Part shown: piece by piece, positions 27,001-37,400 of the stretch | How positions within the stretch are numbered: position 1 is the stretch's first letter | Layout: each line of letters begins with the position of its first letter | Source of the DNA: Antedon mediterranea | Lineage: Eukaryota; Animalia; Echinodermata | Length of the DNA: 64,000 nt | Assembly: GCF_964355755.1 (NCBI RefSeq) | Contig: NC_092670.1 | Span: 5,880,201-5,944,200, forward strand | Direction of reading: 5' to 3' | Position numbers and translations under genes: made by a program | The notes under the pieces: model-generated | The model's database searches: none | Seen by the model: only the letters and a program-made list of their open reading frames with translations | Told to the model about the DNA's origin: nothing

Positions 27001-29543
27001 CTACAATCGTTCTTCTCTTAGTTTGTGATATTAATAAACCCACACTACTACTACTACCCGCTATCATGTGTACGATGTACTCAATAACTTAAATAGTTTA
27101 GCACTTTGTCAAACTGAAATAATAAACCAATCCAACTTACCAGAAACTGATAAAACCAGTCCGTTAGGATATATAAGTCCAGTCGTCACAAGGGCGGTTC
27201 TTGTACTCAAGTCATTTAGTTGTGCTCGCTCTATCATATATGTTCCCCAGTCAGTCCAGTACAAGTATCTAACAATATATAAATATGCAGTCGCGTTAAG
27301 GTCGATAAGGAACTGTACATCATTTCTTATTTTTATTTTTTTAATTTCAATTCGCCATCGACAGTGGGGAGCCCCGCCATTTACAGATTGGAATACATAC
27401 AAAAAAACAAGACAAAAGAAAATCTACAAGACCCAATTACAAACAACTCTTAATTTTGGATTTAAATAAAGATATGAAAGACGGCGAAAAAACGTTTCCT
27501 CACTCAAGAAATAGTAATGAAAAGATATTATTTTAAGGTAATATTTTTTACATACCCATTCTCTGTGTCTATCTTAATTGCACGTGGTTCCACTAATGCT
27601 GAGTCAAATAGAATGGTTCTGTCTGTTCCATCCAGATTTATTACTTCTATTCGGTCTTCTGCAGTGCTTGTCCAATAAAGTTTATTTCCATTTCCATCAA
27701 CAACTAAACCATCCACACCTGAAATAATGATAATGTTGTATAAATTTGTTTTTTTTTTCAATCTATCTTGCAATTCAATTGCTGTGTTTGGGCACCTCAT
27801 CAAAGTTTCTGGGTTTACTTACATTATAGTACAGACGATTAAGAGCGGATATGATTCGAATCTTCAAAATTAGTAATGGTCTTTACAGAATGCAGCAAGT
27901 TGTTGATTGTAGGTGATCATTTTTATAATTTTACTGAAACTCTATAGTTCACTATGTCGGTCGGTCTGTCGTTCTGTCGGTCTGCCTGTCGGTCCGGTAT
28001 CACTATGCGTTTTAGCACGCGACTTATGGCTGTTGTCCTTGTTTTTAAACATGCACGTACGTTAACATACGACCAGAGGTCATAAATACAAGTTGTAGAA
28101 AAATAAAAGTTTGGCCTAAGACTAGAAAGGTTTTCTTTAGTTGTACATACCATTTATGTAGTAAATGTAGTAAAAGAATCTGGTTAATGAATATTGAAAG
28201 ACTCTCACCTAATCTTTCACTTCTAACACCCACAGTCAAATATTATTATTACAGTTATCGTTTTAATTCAACAAACGTTTTTGTACCCGGATTCCTCCAA
28301 ACGTCTATAGAGTATTTATAGTCTTGTTCCAAAGAAAAAAAGAACGGCCATATAAACTGGTAGGCTTGTTAAGTATCAAGCAAGTAATCAGGGGGATACT
28401 TTGGATGTTCTTAACCAAAGCTCTAATCATACAATATTCATCTATAATAGAACCAACACTTTAATCTATTAAAACCCATTGAATCTTCTATTATGGATCA
28501 AATATATTCTAAACTTATTATTAAAAAGCTATCGTTGAATTTAAAATGAAAGAGTTGTACCAAGAAATATGTTTACTTTAATTTCTTTTCTCATAAATAT
28601 TTTTTTTAATGGCTCATCTAGCTTAAAATAAATTATGTATTGCCACAAAATAAATTATATTTATACTGTATTCTATCATTATTCATGAATTTTAAAAGTT
28701 GTTCTTACTTCCAGATTCAAAAGAAACTAAAACTGTGTGTTGGTTAGTAGCAATTGAATAAGATTCAATTGAAGACGTGGCTACGTCAGACCAATATAAT
28801 GTTGAGGTTGTGGCATCAAAATCCAAAGCCACTGGTCTAGTTAGTAGATCATTTTGGACAGCAATTGTAAAATTCAAAGCTGTGTTTCCGCTGACATCTA
28901 TATTTGAAATGTATATGCCCGGAAGACCAAGGTTGGTCACAAATATAATATCTTCTGTGAAATAATAATAATTTAAATCAAATATTAAACATTATAATAT
29001 GTCAAATGAAGTCGTTTTACATGAAATTGTTTAACCCACCAATTATATCCTTTGTCTGTGGCCATTGAAGTCAGTATTGTTTACCTTATTGTTTTATAAA
29101 ATGACATTCAGCATGACACAGAAATATTAATAATATTAATTCAAACAGAAGTACCATTAACTTTTTGTTCGGTAGGCGAAATTATTTTCGTGAATGTCTA
29201 TGCGTATCTTCATCTCCGTGTATGATTGTTATGGTACGCAAAAAAACGCATCAAATCTGATCCCATGAATGTTTGATGTGTGCAAAATAAAATCGCATAA
29301 TGAACGCACCGTCATAAAACGTGTGCCGCTGTTCTAAAAGCGTCTGTTCAAATAAAGTTATTATTATTATAATGGGAAATATGTTATACTAGTTATACAG
29401 ATCCATGTTATGAACATGAATGTATTTCCTTCTACTTACGTCTTAACATTATTTTTTTAAATAACTAAAATAAATACTGTACCGTTTGCATATACAGCAA
29501 TTGATAACATTCATGTAATCTTTAAAAACAGAATGGAATTCAT
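9003..29543 (-). CDS. Gene A: VWDE-like transmembrane glycoprotein with N-terminal YWTD propeller (SP-YWTD-D8C-Ig-like-VWD-EGF-mucin-SEA-like-TM); in-frame TGA at codon 11, so possibly a null allele or pseudogene
   Basis: Hand-built GT-AG exons with consistent phases: 29483-29543, 28709-28954, 27556-27718, 27141-27268, 26427-26675, 25725-25775, 25111-25344, 24819-24995, 24490-24549, 23877-24145, 23189-23275, 22475-22831, 21888-21961, 21573-21636, 21193-21447, 17903-18153, 17102-17378, 16711-16875, 16146-16520, 15778-16038, 15434-15548, 14988-15329, 13178-14689, 13010-13068, 12464-12570, 12016-12224, 11505-11715, 10708-10826, 9003-9085. Total 6561 nt, divisible by 3. Motifs: YWSD/YWTD, GDPHY, GLCGNFD, EGF C-x-C-xx-GF-G-xDC, TM VFILIGVCCFTVIILFGFAFGVY; ends SINAWN*. 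Confidence 0.85.
9582..9826 (+). mobile_element. tRNA-derived SINE with TSD
   Basis: A box (tagctgagtggttagg), B box (gggttcaattccc), core ccactcagctgtaaatgagtacc, tail cctttaccttt; 10-bp TSD tataagtata (9572-9581 and 9827-9836); empty site in gene B at about 35180. Confidence 0.85.
9843..10643 (+). mobile_element. DINE-1/HINE-like (Helentron-associated) element, long form
   Basis: Starts in a T-run; sub-terminal IR AGTCGCGTG...CACGCGACT; (GTCG/GTCT)n microsatellites; 3' hairpin GGCTGTTGGCC; absent at the matching site in gene B (about 35195), with no TSD. Confidence 0.78.
11305..11417 (+). mobile_element. HINE-like short copy
   Basis: Same termini and microsatellite; absent from the matching gene B intron. 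Confidence 0.7.
11505..11715 (-). CDS. Gene A transmembrane exon
   Basis: Hydrophobic stretch VFILIGVCCFTVIILFGFAFGVY followed by K; conserved in gene B 35645-35852. Confidence 0.85.
13178..14689 (-). CDS. Gene A mucin-like Ser/Thr-rich exon (about 504 aa)
   Basis: ORF 13113-14663 is very T/S-rich; acceptor ttttccag before 14689 and GTAAG donor after 13178; contains an internal 285-nt duplication. Confidence 0.88.
17102..21961 (-). CDS. Gene A exons 13-17: von Willebrand factor type D domain and downstream RRRKR linker
   Basis: CSGSGDPHYRSFDG, GDFIFYEH, VQTRL..C.GV.C.CGVAV, KGLCGNFD, FYNSWR. Confidence 0.9.
17520..17650 (-). mobile_element. tRNA-derived SINE remnant
   Basis: Minus strand ggctgtagcgtgatggttaacg...caggtttaaatcctg (A/B-box-like). 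Confidence 0.45.
18720..20039 (-). mobile_element. Full-length non-autonomous Helitron (family 1), in gene A intron 15
   Basis: On the minus strand it starts A|TCTATATAT (20039) and ends with hairpin + CTAG|T (18720). Confidence 0.8.
20595..21184 (+). mobile_element. Helitron family 2, 3' part
   Basis: Terminal hairpin ctagatggtacgc...gcgtaccatcta(c); homologous to 4770-5266. Confidence 0.65.
23486..23770. mobile_element. Degenerate MITE
   Basis: ggaattggtccggcgcc versus inverted ggccgccggaccgaatcc. Confidence 0.45.
24670..24777 (+). mobile_element. HINE-like short copy
   Basis: tttttagtcgcgtgca...(gtcg)n...agccatgtatatggccttgtt. Confidence 0.7.
24819..25344 (-). CDS. Gene A exons 7-8: UMOD/GP2/OIT3-like D8C cysteine-rich domain
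   Basis: DPC...GWY...MPT..P...CGT.YPVWING..P...C..C...I.IKAC....FVHYL.......YC pattern. Confidence 0.8.
26099..26351. mobile_element. Penelope-like inverted terminal fragments with a HINE 5' piece between them
   Basis: 26099-26157 is an inverted repeat of about 26303-26351; a degenerate copy of the same sequence lies at 45780-45832. Confidence 0.55.
26161..26198 (-). ncRNA. Minimal type I hammerhead ribozyme motif (Penelope-like element terminus)
   Basis: Minus strand: tc CTGAGGA c gatcaa agcata ttgatc GAAA CGTC ga, i.e. core CUGANGA, 6-bp helix II, GAAA, palindromic ACGU helix III and a GUC cleavage triplet. Confidence 0.65.
26427..28954 (-). CDS. Gene A exons 2-5: LDL-receptor class B (YWTD) beta-propeller
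   Basis: LYWSD, LYWTS, LYWTDWG, MYWCDAG and LYWSDW repeats with P-x-[AG]-[LI] spacing typical of LRP/nidogen propellers; the module is bounded by phase-1 introns. Confidence 0.9.
27939..28045 (+). mobile_element. HINE-like short copy (5'-truncated)
   Basis: ctctatagttcactatgtcggtcgg...agcacgcgacttatggctgttgtccttgtt. Confidence 0.65.
29483..29543 (-). CDS. Gene A exon 1, signal peptide MNSILFLKIT*MLSIAVYAN(G), with premature TGA at 29511-29513
   Basis: Same 61-nt length, same phase-1 donor (G|GTACAGT) and clear similarity to gene B exon 1 (57755-57815). Confidence 0.8.
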
Positions 29544-29643
29544 TTTGCGACCAAACGCCTGTTGATTAAGGAATATAATGTGACGGATGAACCCGTTTTC
29601 GTTCATTCAACTTTATGCACCATAGTTGTGAACGATTATTGAC

Positions 29644-29667
29644 TGTTTATTTATGTCGCCTGGCAAC
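29644..29667. promoter_or_regulatory. RFX X-box (GTCGCCTGGCAAC) with adjacent forkhead-like TGTTTAT, about 100-125 bp upstream of the gene A ATG
   Basis: Matches the RFX consensus GTNRCC-N(0-3)-RGYAAC. A similar pair (TGTTTAC + GTTTCCTGGCAAC) is retained in the relic copy at 1402-1421. Confidence 0.5.
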
Positions 29668-29794
29668 GAAATTCCTCTTAAAACCATGTCTAGTTATTTG
29701 TATAGATGGAAATAGAAAAAGGAAAAATATTATGAAGCAATATGTATACAAATAGAATAGAATAGTGCCGTACGATAACCAGAAGTTAGCCATA

Positions 29795-29906
29795 TTTAGT
29801 TGCGTGCAAACGCGACTCTACAGCTCACTATGTCGGTCGGTTGGTCGGTCGGTAAACGCTAACTCAAATTTGAGCACACGACTGCAGCCATGTATATGGC
29901 CTTGTT
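29795..29906 (+). mobile_element. HINE-like short copy in the gene A upstream region
   Basis: Same structure as the other short copies. Confidence 0.68.
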
Positions 29907-30800
29907 AATTTAAGACTGTATGACTACTAAAATTAAATAATTTGGCAAACTTAACGTATGTTTTTCAGAAATAAACATTGTAAATCTTAAAAGTAAAACG
30001 ACAATAAGAGATCAGCATTGGTGTTACTTTAACATTTTTAGATTGTTAATGAATAAAATATACAAAACAGCCAAATATAGGTTTGTAGAATGATAAACAA
30101 GCCGTCAACAAAAATATAAGAATGTTGTAAGTGTGCAAATACGATTTTAGCTTGTCCGTATCAATATATATCAAAGTAGGTATTCTTACTATTAATACTC
30201 TGTTTTTTTACGGGGATTTCCCTTTTCAGTCCAGTATGTTTGTTATTTTCTAGTACAGTACCTGCATTAACCCTTTCTAGTGATACAATTTACTATTGAA
30301 ATACTGCAAAACCTGTTTGTTATCGGTGAGACGCGAAACACTTTGACACACAATAGGTATTGTAATATAGATAATGGGAACTAGCGACAAACACAAACAA
30401 CCGGTGACTGGGTTACTTTTCACCATGGTAGTAGTAAATAAAGAAAACATTCCTACAGTCAGAGGAAAAATGAAAACAGTTGTCCTGCTTTCTGGGATTT
30501 TTATCAGATAATATATATTGTTTGACAACTCTTTTCATTTAACTGTCTACCCGAACCTGATTGTCATGACCAATTTATATAAATAGGTATCATTGTCGTC
30601 GTCAAAGCAAACTCTGATTAGAGTATGGCTTCTCTAAAAGTATTCTGAAACCACCTCCTGCCTGCTGTCATCCTACTTGCTTGCTCCATATAACACATCT
30701 GTTATAGATATAGATTATATAAAATCGGCCCAATAATTGTATTACTATTTGTGATATATTTTATTTGAAAAAGGTAGCCGATTCTCGGTAAATGTATTTT

Positions 30801-30961
30801 TTTCCGAAGTATTATAGGAATATTTGGTAGTACAACATCACGTGTGATTCACATGTATCTAGTAGTAACCTTACACTTAAACTAACCTTACATGATACAG
30901 GGACAACATGTGATACGAATGAGATGCTGTATTACCGAATAATCCTATGATACTTCGGAAA
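30801..30961. repeat. Imperfect foldback / MITE
   Basis: ttccgaagtattataggaatatttggtagtacaacatc versus inverted gatgctgtattaccgaataatcctatgatacttcggaa. Confidence 0.6.
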
Positions 30962-31438
30962 TAGATAGTAATGTGGAGATACAGCACTGGGAATAGTTAT
31001 GAGATAACATTGTTTAGCTTCTTTATATTTCAGTTGATCCTCAGTTGTGAACGTCCTATAAATTGAATGTAGTATTAATCGTATTGAACAAATGTATTGA
31101 CCAAAAATCGTTTCAGTGTTTGGTTACTATATGCGTAGTAAAGATAACAGAACCAGGAGACTGGGCTTCACGACCCCCGGATATTGTACGATTTAACAAA
31201 CTAAATTTCTATTAATGTATCAGTACGCTAATATATGAATACTAGTCTTTCAAAGCAATGATATATATATATATATATATAAACTTTATTTAGACACGAG
31301 ACTGATGTGCAGTACAACTCGTTCAGTCAATATTGATAGTTTTTACACAAGTTCGTGATACTGTATTACAAAAAAAAATCAACACCATATAAATACGAGA
31401 GAAACAAAAAAAATTGAAATTGAAAAGAAACAAAATTA

Positions 31439-31546
31439 CAGCAGAATCCCCTTCATCTGACACCTCTATTTAGAGTACACCATACCGGTACTTCCCGTGT
31501 AAACGGAAACCCTTATCGAAGTGTATAATTTATGGGGATTCTACTG
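31439..31546. mobile_element. Tc1/mariner-pogo type mini element
   Basis: TA|cagcagaatcccc...ggggattctactg|TA. Confidence 0.6.
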
Positions 31547-31559
31547 TAATACATAATAA

Positions 31560-32720
31560 ATCTTTTTGATTTCATTTACCTTAAAATAATAGTGATAAAA
31601 CACACATTTTACATAGTATTTAGCCATTTTAAAAGTTGGATGTACACCATCGTAGATTACCATACCATTATGTTTTACAATGCATTTTTCAGATACGTTT
31701 TAAACAACTTAACTGAATTTGGAAGGGTATCAACATTGAGACTATTCCATATAATTGCTCCACGATAAGACAGACTTCGTTTTTTAAAATCGGTTTTTGG
31801 CTTCGGGATGAATAGATGTGTATCACTGTGCCTTAGATTATAATTTTTTATCATTGAATGTAAATACATTATTTAGGTAAGGTTGGGCATTATCTGTCAA
31901 AACCTTATATATAACCATACAACATTCATATCTATCTTGATAAAATAAAGGAGACCAATTAATTTGTCTTAGTGCCTCACTACTATAGGTGTGTCCCATG
32001 TTAGACCACACACGATTCGAGCTGTTCTGTTTTGGATAGTTTGAAGTTCTTTTCATTAGAGTTTGACCAATATTTCCCCAAATTATGTTACAATAGCTCA
32101 AGTAAGGTATTACAATAGAGTTTGCAATATTTTTTAATATGTTTTGTGGAAAATAATAGCTACATCGTCTGAGCACACCCAATCCATTTAGAGCTTTACC
32201 TCGAATGTATTCAATCTGATTTTTCCATGATAAATGTTCGTCTATTATGATACCGAGATGTTTGCAATATCGAACGCGTGGTACAACATCGTTATCTATA
32301 TTAACTGATCTATTTTTTTCTTTGGTGGTTGCCAATCGGTTTGTCGATCCGATCAACATGAACTCGGATTTAGAGACATTTAGACTCAATTTATTATTTT
32401 TTTCTTCATTTATACTTTGGTATATTTCATTTTCATTTTTTGAAGAACAATAAATTATAGTATCGTCAGCATACATACTTATTTTACATTTGTTTGCAAC
32501 TTTTGATAGGTCATAGAGGAAAGCAAGTGGGCCCACGATTGACCCCTGAGCACTCCACATTGGATGTGTGTATAGTCAGACAATGTATTATTTACATTTG
32601 TGAATTGCTTTCGCTCAGACAGATAGCTCTCGAACCACTTTAAAACATATTTACTTAAACCATAAAGTCTCAATTTGCTTAATAGTATGTTATGGTTTAC
32701 CGTATCAAAGGCCTTTTTAA
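31560..32720 (-). mobile_element. Degenerate CR1/L2-group LINE RT fragment
   Basis: KAFDTVNHNILLSKL..YG, QGSIVGP, YADDT, KHLGIIID..LSW, WNSL spread over several frames. Confidence 0.85.
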
Positions 32721-34401
32721 AATAAAGATACAAAGACTGGTCAGTGAAGAAAGAGAGCAAAACGATGAAAACATCTAGTGGTTGTTATTGATGAATCTTT
32801 TGTGGGATAAACAAATAAATAATGTTAAAAAAGTAAAGTATTGCCAGGCTTGTACTACTTCACTACTAAATCTTCAAATCTGGTTCCAAAACATGTATCT
32901 TGCTTAATGCATAAAAAGTCTCCACAGTTTAACTAGTGTAATATTGTGTGGGGCACATCAAATAAAATACTAATAAACTACAAATGCTACAAAACAGAGC
33001 AGCCAAAATTGTATTTTATAATTCCTAGGTACATCGATTCTCCGTTATTAATTATTGATAATAATTAATGAGCTCTAATGCATGTTCAGCTTTATGTAAA
33101 CAGTTTGAGAATTGTTGACATGTGATTGATTGCGTTCGGAAACTTCTTGTGCGGGACTGTCCTACCTCGCGTCAAAATTAGGAACACTGCCTTTTTTTAA
33201 TGGCCTAGCTTTCCGGCCTAGCATTCGTCAGTGATTTACGATGGATACATTGAATAAAAGTATATATGTATAAAACAAATAACATAATGTTTACGTTCAA
33301 CCAATACAGAAGAATGTAATGTAATGAAAAATGTTTCTTTTTTATTTTACGCTCAACCGATCAGCATAAATTTTTTCATATATTTTTTTAATATTTTTAA
33401 ATACCTGGAATGAACCATATATAATAATCGAATTATTGCAAAATTAAGACTTCGGTTTTTGCAGTTGGAAGTTGAAAAACAATAGATTCATATCATAAAT
33501 TGTGTTTTTTTTCCATATTATGTAAGTTTTATTTGTTTTTATACAAAAAAGTAAAAGAATCTTACTGACTTAACCGAATAAAGAATAAATGTTAAAAAAT
33601 AAATTAACTTAATTTAAAAAAAAAAGACCTCTACCAATTGTTTTTTTTTATTTAACAAAAACCTTTCACCAATTTCATTAAAATATAACTCTTAATATAA
33701 GGTTGAATACCTTTTCTGTTGGACGGAATACACATTTAATTATAACAGATCTTTAAACGATCACACACAGTTCACAGAGCACAAATATATATTTTATGTA
33801 ATTATTTTATAGCAATTATCTCAATATAAAAATTGTGATTTTTTAAAATTATATAAGTTTAATTTTGTCAGGTAACTATTTGTAATTAAAACATTTATTG
33901 GTTTTTTTTTAATCTTTAAATTCAGGAAACTTAAAGTTAAGCTTGTTTGATTTCTTATTTTATAGCATTTCGAAGAAGTCCTGTAGCATTGTACATATAC
34001 GGCGTCTTATAATAAACAATATTCATTTCAAACCAAGAGCTACCGTATCCTTTAACTATACAAACAAAAAATACCTCCGCCCGCTTTTTTTTATTTAACA
34101 CGTTAAGTATAATACTTCCCTTCCTTAATATTAGTGAACGACTATTTATTGTTCAAAAACAGTACATTTATACGTATAAAAAAAAACCTTCACCTGTTTC
34201 CAAAAAAGTATAACACTTATAATACGGTTGAATCATGGAGGTATAAATCTAATATAAATTATACCTCCCTGGTTGAATACTTGGAATACTTATCTTGGAC
34301 GGAATATAAAAGATATGTAAACGACACATACTGTTCAGAGTACAATGTTCGTTAAATCAAAAAGTTAATAATAAAAACTGCTTAATGTTATCGCAATTAA
34401 T

Positions 34402-37400
34402 TCAGTTCCACGCATTTATAGAAGTAGGTGTTCCCGCTCGACTTCCTTTCAAGAACATCATATCATTCAATGAGCCTGTAAATACAAGATATTTCATCAT
34501 AAGTTTAATTTATTCATCCGTCGAATATCGATAAAATACAGATTATATTAGAAGAGTGAGAACAGGGTATACAGTTTGTAATGAAGTTGTTGGTCATCCA
34601 ACAACTTAATTACAAAAAAACTTTATACAGAAAAAAGGAAAAAACACTAAAAAGAAGTTAACTGAACGCATTGATAATGCTATACTCTACAAGAAAATAG
34701 TCATTGAGTTGTTTTTAGTCGCGTGGTACGCGACTCTACAGCTCACTATGTCGGTCGGTTGGTCGGTCGGCCGGTTGATTGGTAAACACTAACTTGAGCA
34801 CGCGACTGCAGCCATGTATATGGCCTTGTTTGTATGTAAAGTCAATGTATGAATGATCTCTCTCCTTGCCCAACCTACATTCAAAACGTACTGCAAAAGC
34901 CCATTAAATATAGCACGTGTCAAAATGAATTTTTTTTTATTCTCAAACAATTAATTAATTATTTATCTATTATTTACACAATAAACACAATGAGGAGCTG
35001 ATGGGAGGGAAGGAAGACATACCAAAAAGGGAACGGAGCTACTACATAATAAACGTTTGGAATCAACTAAGTACCTATCAGCAAACACAAAATCAATTAA
35101 ATAAGACTTTTGGGTTTCAAAAAATGTAAAAGTAGGCCTTTTATAAATTATAATTATTTAACGATTATATTAGGAAATTTATAAGTATATATCTATTTTA
35201 TCTAAATTAAGATTTAACATTTGTTTAAGGTTAATACTGTCCACCTCGATCCTTCTACGTTTTACAGTACCTAAATATTACATTGCATTACTTCTTTATT
35301 CTTGACTTGGAGTTTTTTACTTACCAGATGAAATTGCATTTGATGCATTTGTTGATATTGTAGGAGAAGGAGACGATGATATGGAAATGATTTTACTACT
35401 CATGTAGCTGTTTTGGTTTGGTCGATGAAGCCTTGTAACAAACAAAAATAATATAATATTATTTCAAACTTAAGTTTTAAATATAGCTAATTAAATAATA
35501 TGTTTTTAAATTTCTTAAAGGAAAACAAAGTTGATCACATTGACACGAATCCGTAACAATCAGTACAATCAGAGAAACCTAACATCTAAAGCATAAGCAC
35601 ATTGCATTTTATATACTAAAATTGTTTAAATAGTAAATACACACCATTTGTAAACTCCAAACGCAAATCCGAAAACAATAATCACCGTGAAACAACAAAC
35701 TCCAATAAGTATGAATACAGTATATGATTTACCAACAACAGGCTCTTTCTCAGAATACAGGGAAACATCTATGATTTCCATCTGAATAGCAGCCTCAATG
35801 CTCTCTTTTTCTTGTTCAATTGCAGATTTTACAACTTCAGCGGAAATGTATTCTGAAACAAAATGTGTAATGACTTATATATTGAATCAATGGAATCCAT
35901 CACATCACATTGAATGACTAAAATCAAATTCCGCTTGTTTACTCTCAAAAATGTGTTTTATAATACTCTTTACTTATTATTTAAACTTCCTCGCTGGAAT
36001 TCAGAATGTTTCTTTTCTTTCATTATTATTTTAAACAATACAAACAAGATTATATAACAATTATAGTCAATACGTAATATGTATGTATAATGAATATTAA
36101 TAACATATCTAAAGCAATAGTTTATTATAATCAGGTGAAGATTTTGCCATTGATAGTACAGTAGTAACGTCTCATTAATCTTAGCGCATTATAAGAGGGT
36201 TAGGGTTAGTTAGTTAACTTTCTATTGTTTAAGTTGAAATAAAAGACGTTGAATGAAAAAAAAAAACATTGTTATTAACAATGTTATTGCTTTATCGCTG
36301 ACGAAAGTTTAAATAAAACCCCGGAACTATCCCATTTATAATGAATAATTGTACAGTGATTTTATTTTCTCTTTTTACATTGCCTAATAAAGTAGTAGGA
36401 TGTGGTATCGCTTGTTGAACAAAGTACTAATAAATTATTAAATTGCACCCAATTCTCGGTACTAGATTTCTCTTGTACTATCATAGGACAAATATGGATG
36501 AAACAAACAATTGTGTTTAATTTTGTAGTTGCTTTTAATTCAATTTCATATATTGAGCATTATTGCGATACACAGTATTACTATATTGTGTAGATGAACA
36601 ATATTATACTAATTTTTGCTTCTAAAATCTTACCATTAGCCACAGTATTTCTACGAGAAATTGAATGTTTGTTATTGTTAGTTGAATCCCTCTTTTGTCT
36701 TTTACCATTGTTTTGGAAACATGTATTGGAATAATCTTTGTATCCAACAGACATAACGATGTCAATCTGGTTATTAGCAATCTTTTCATCAGTCAGCTTT
36801 ATTTGTCCGATAGTTGTAATATCTCCATGTAACGTATTTTTTCTGGTGACAGAAAATAAAATGTTAATTCGTTTTTATTGTGGGATTGTTTAAATGGCTT
36901 TCACATCATAATAATATAATTTATTTAATTTTACCATATAGAAAACAAAAACGGGCACACAGACAAAACAAATGTAAATCAATGAAAAAAGATTACCCAA
37001 ATATTTATTTATTTAATAGTGTACTTTTTTACTTTATTTATTGATTGATTAATTTATTTATTGATTAAATCGTTTCAAAACTTACGTATTGGTTTCAGTC
37101 CAATCGCAGCAACTAGCTGCATTTACAAGGCAATAGGTGTTCATAGCGTGCATAACGCTTATACGAAATACTTCTTTCACTGTAAGCCACTGTAAAGTTG
37201 TAATGCAGGACGAATTATTTTTAAACATAAGAATAGTATACTATTTTCTACAGTGTAAACGGCTTATATTCAATATTATTTATACTAAAGAAATAAAAAA
37301 ACGATTCAATCTTGCAGAAATTACAGAATAAATAATTGATTTGGTATTTAGATTCCAATAAATATTATATTCATTGTCCCCAAAACATAAAACAAATTAA

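Noticed and set aside
29511-29513. TGA as selenocysteine
   Set aside because: The paralog has Trp rather than Cys, the codon is in a cleaved signal peptide, and no SECIS was recognised.
30277-30528. Hydrophobic ORF (MVKSNPVTGCLCLSLVPIIY...) as the gene A signal-peptide exon
   Set aside because: No good phase-1 donor before its stop; the 61-nt exon at 29483-29543 matches gene B exon 1 in length, phase and sequence.
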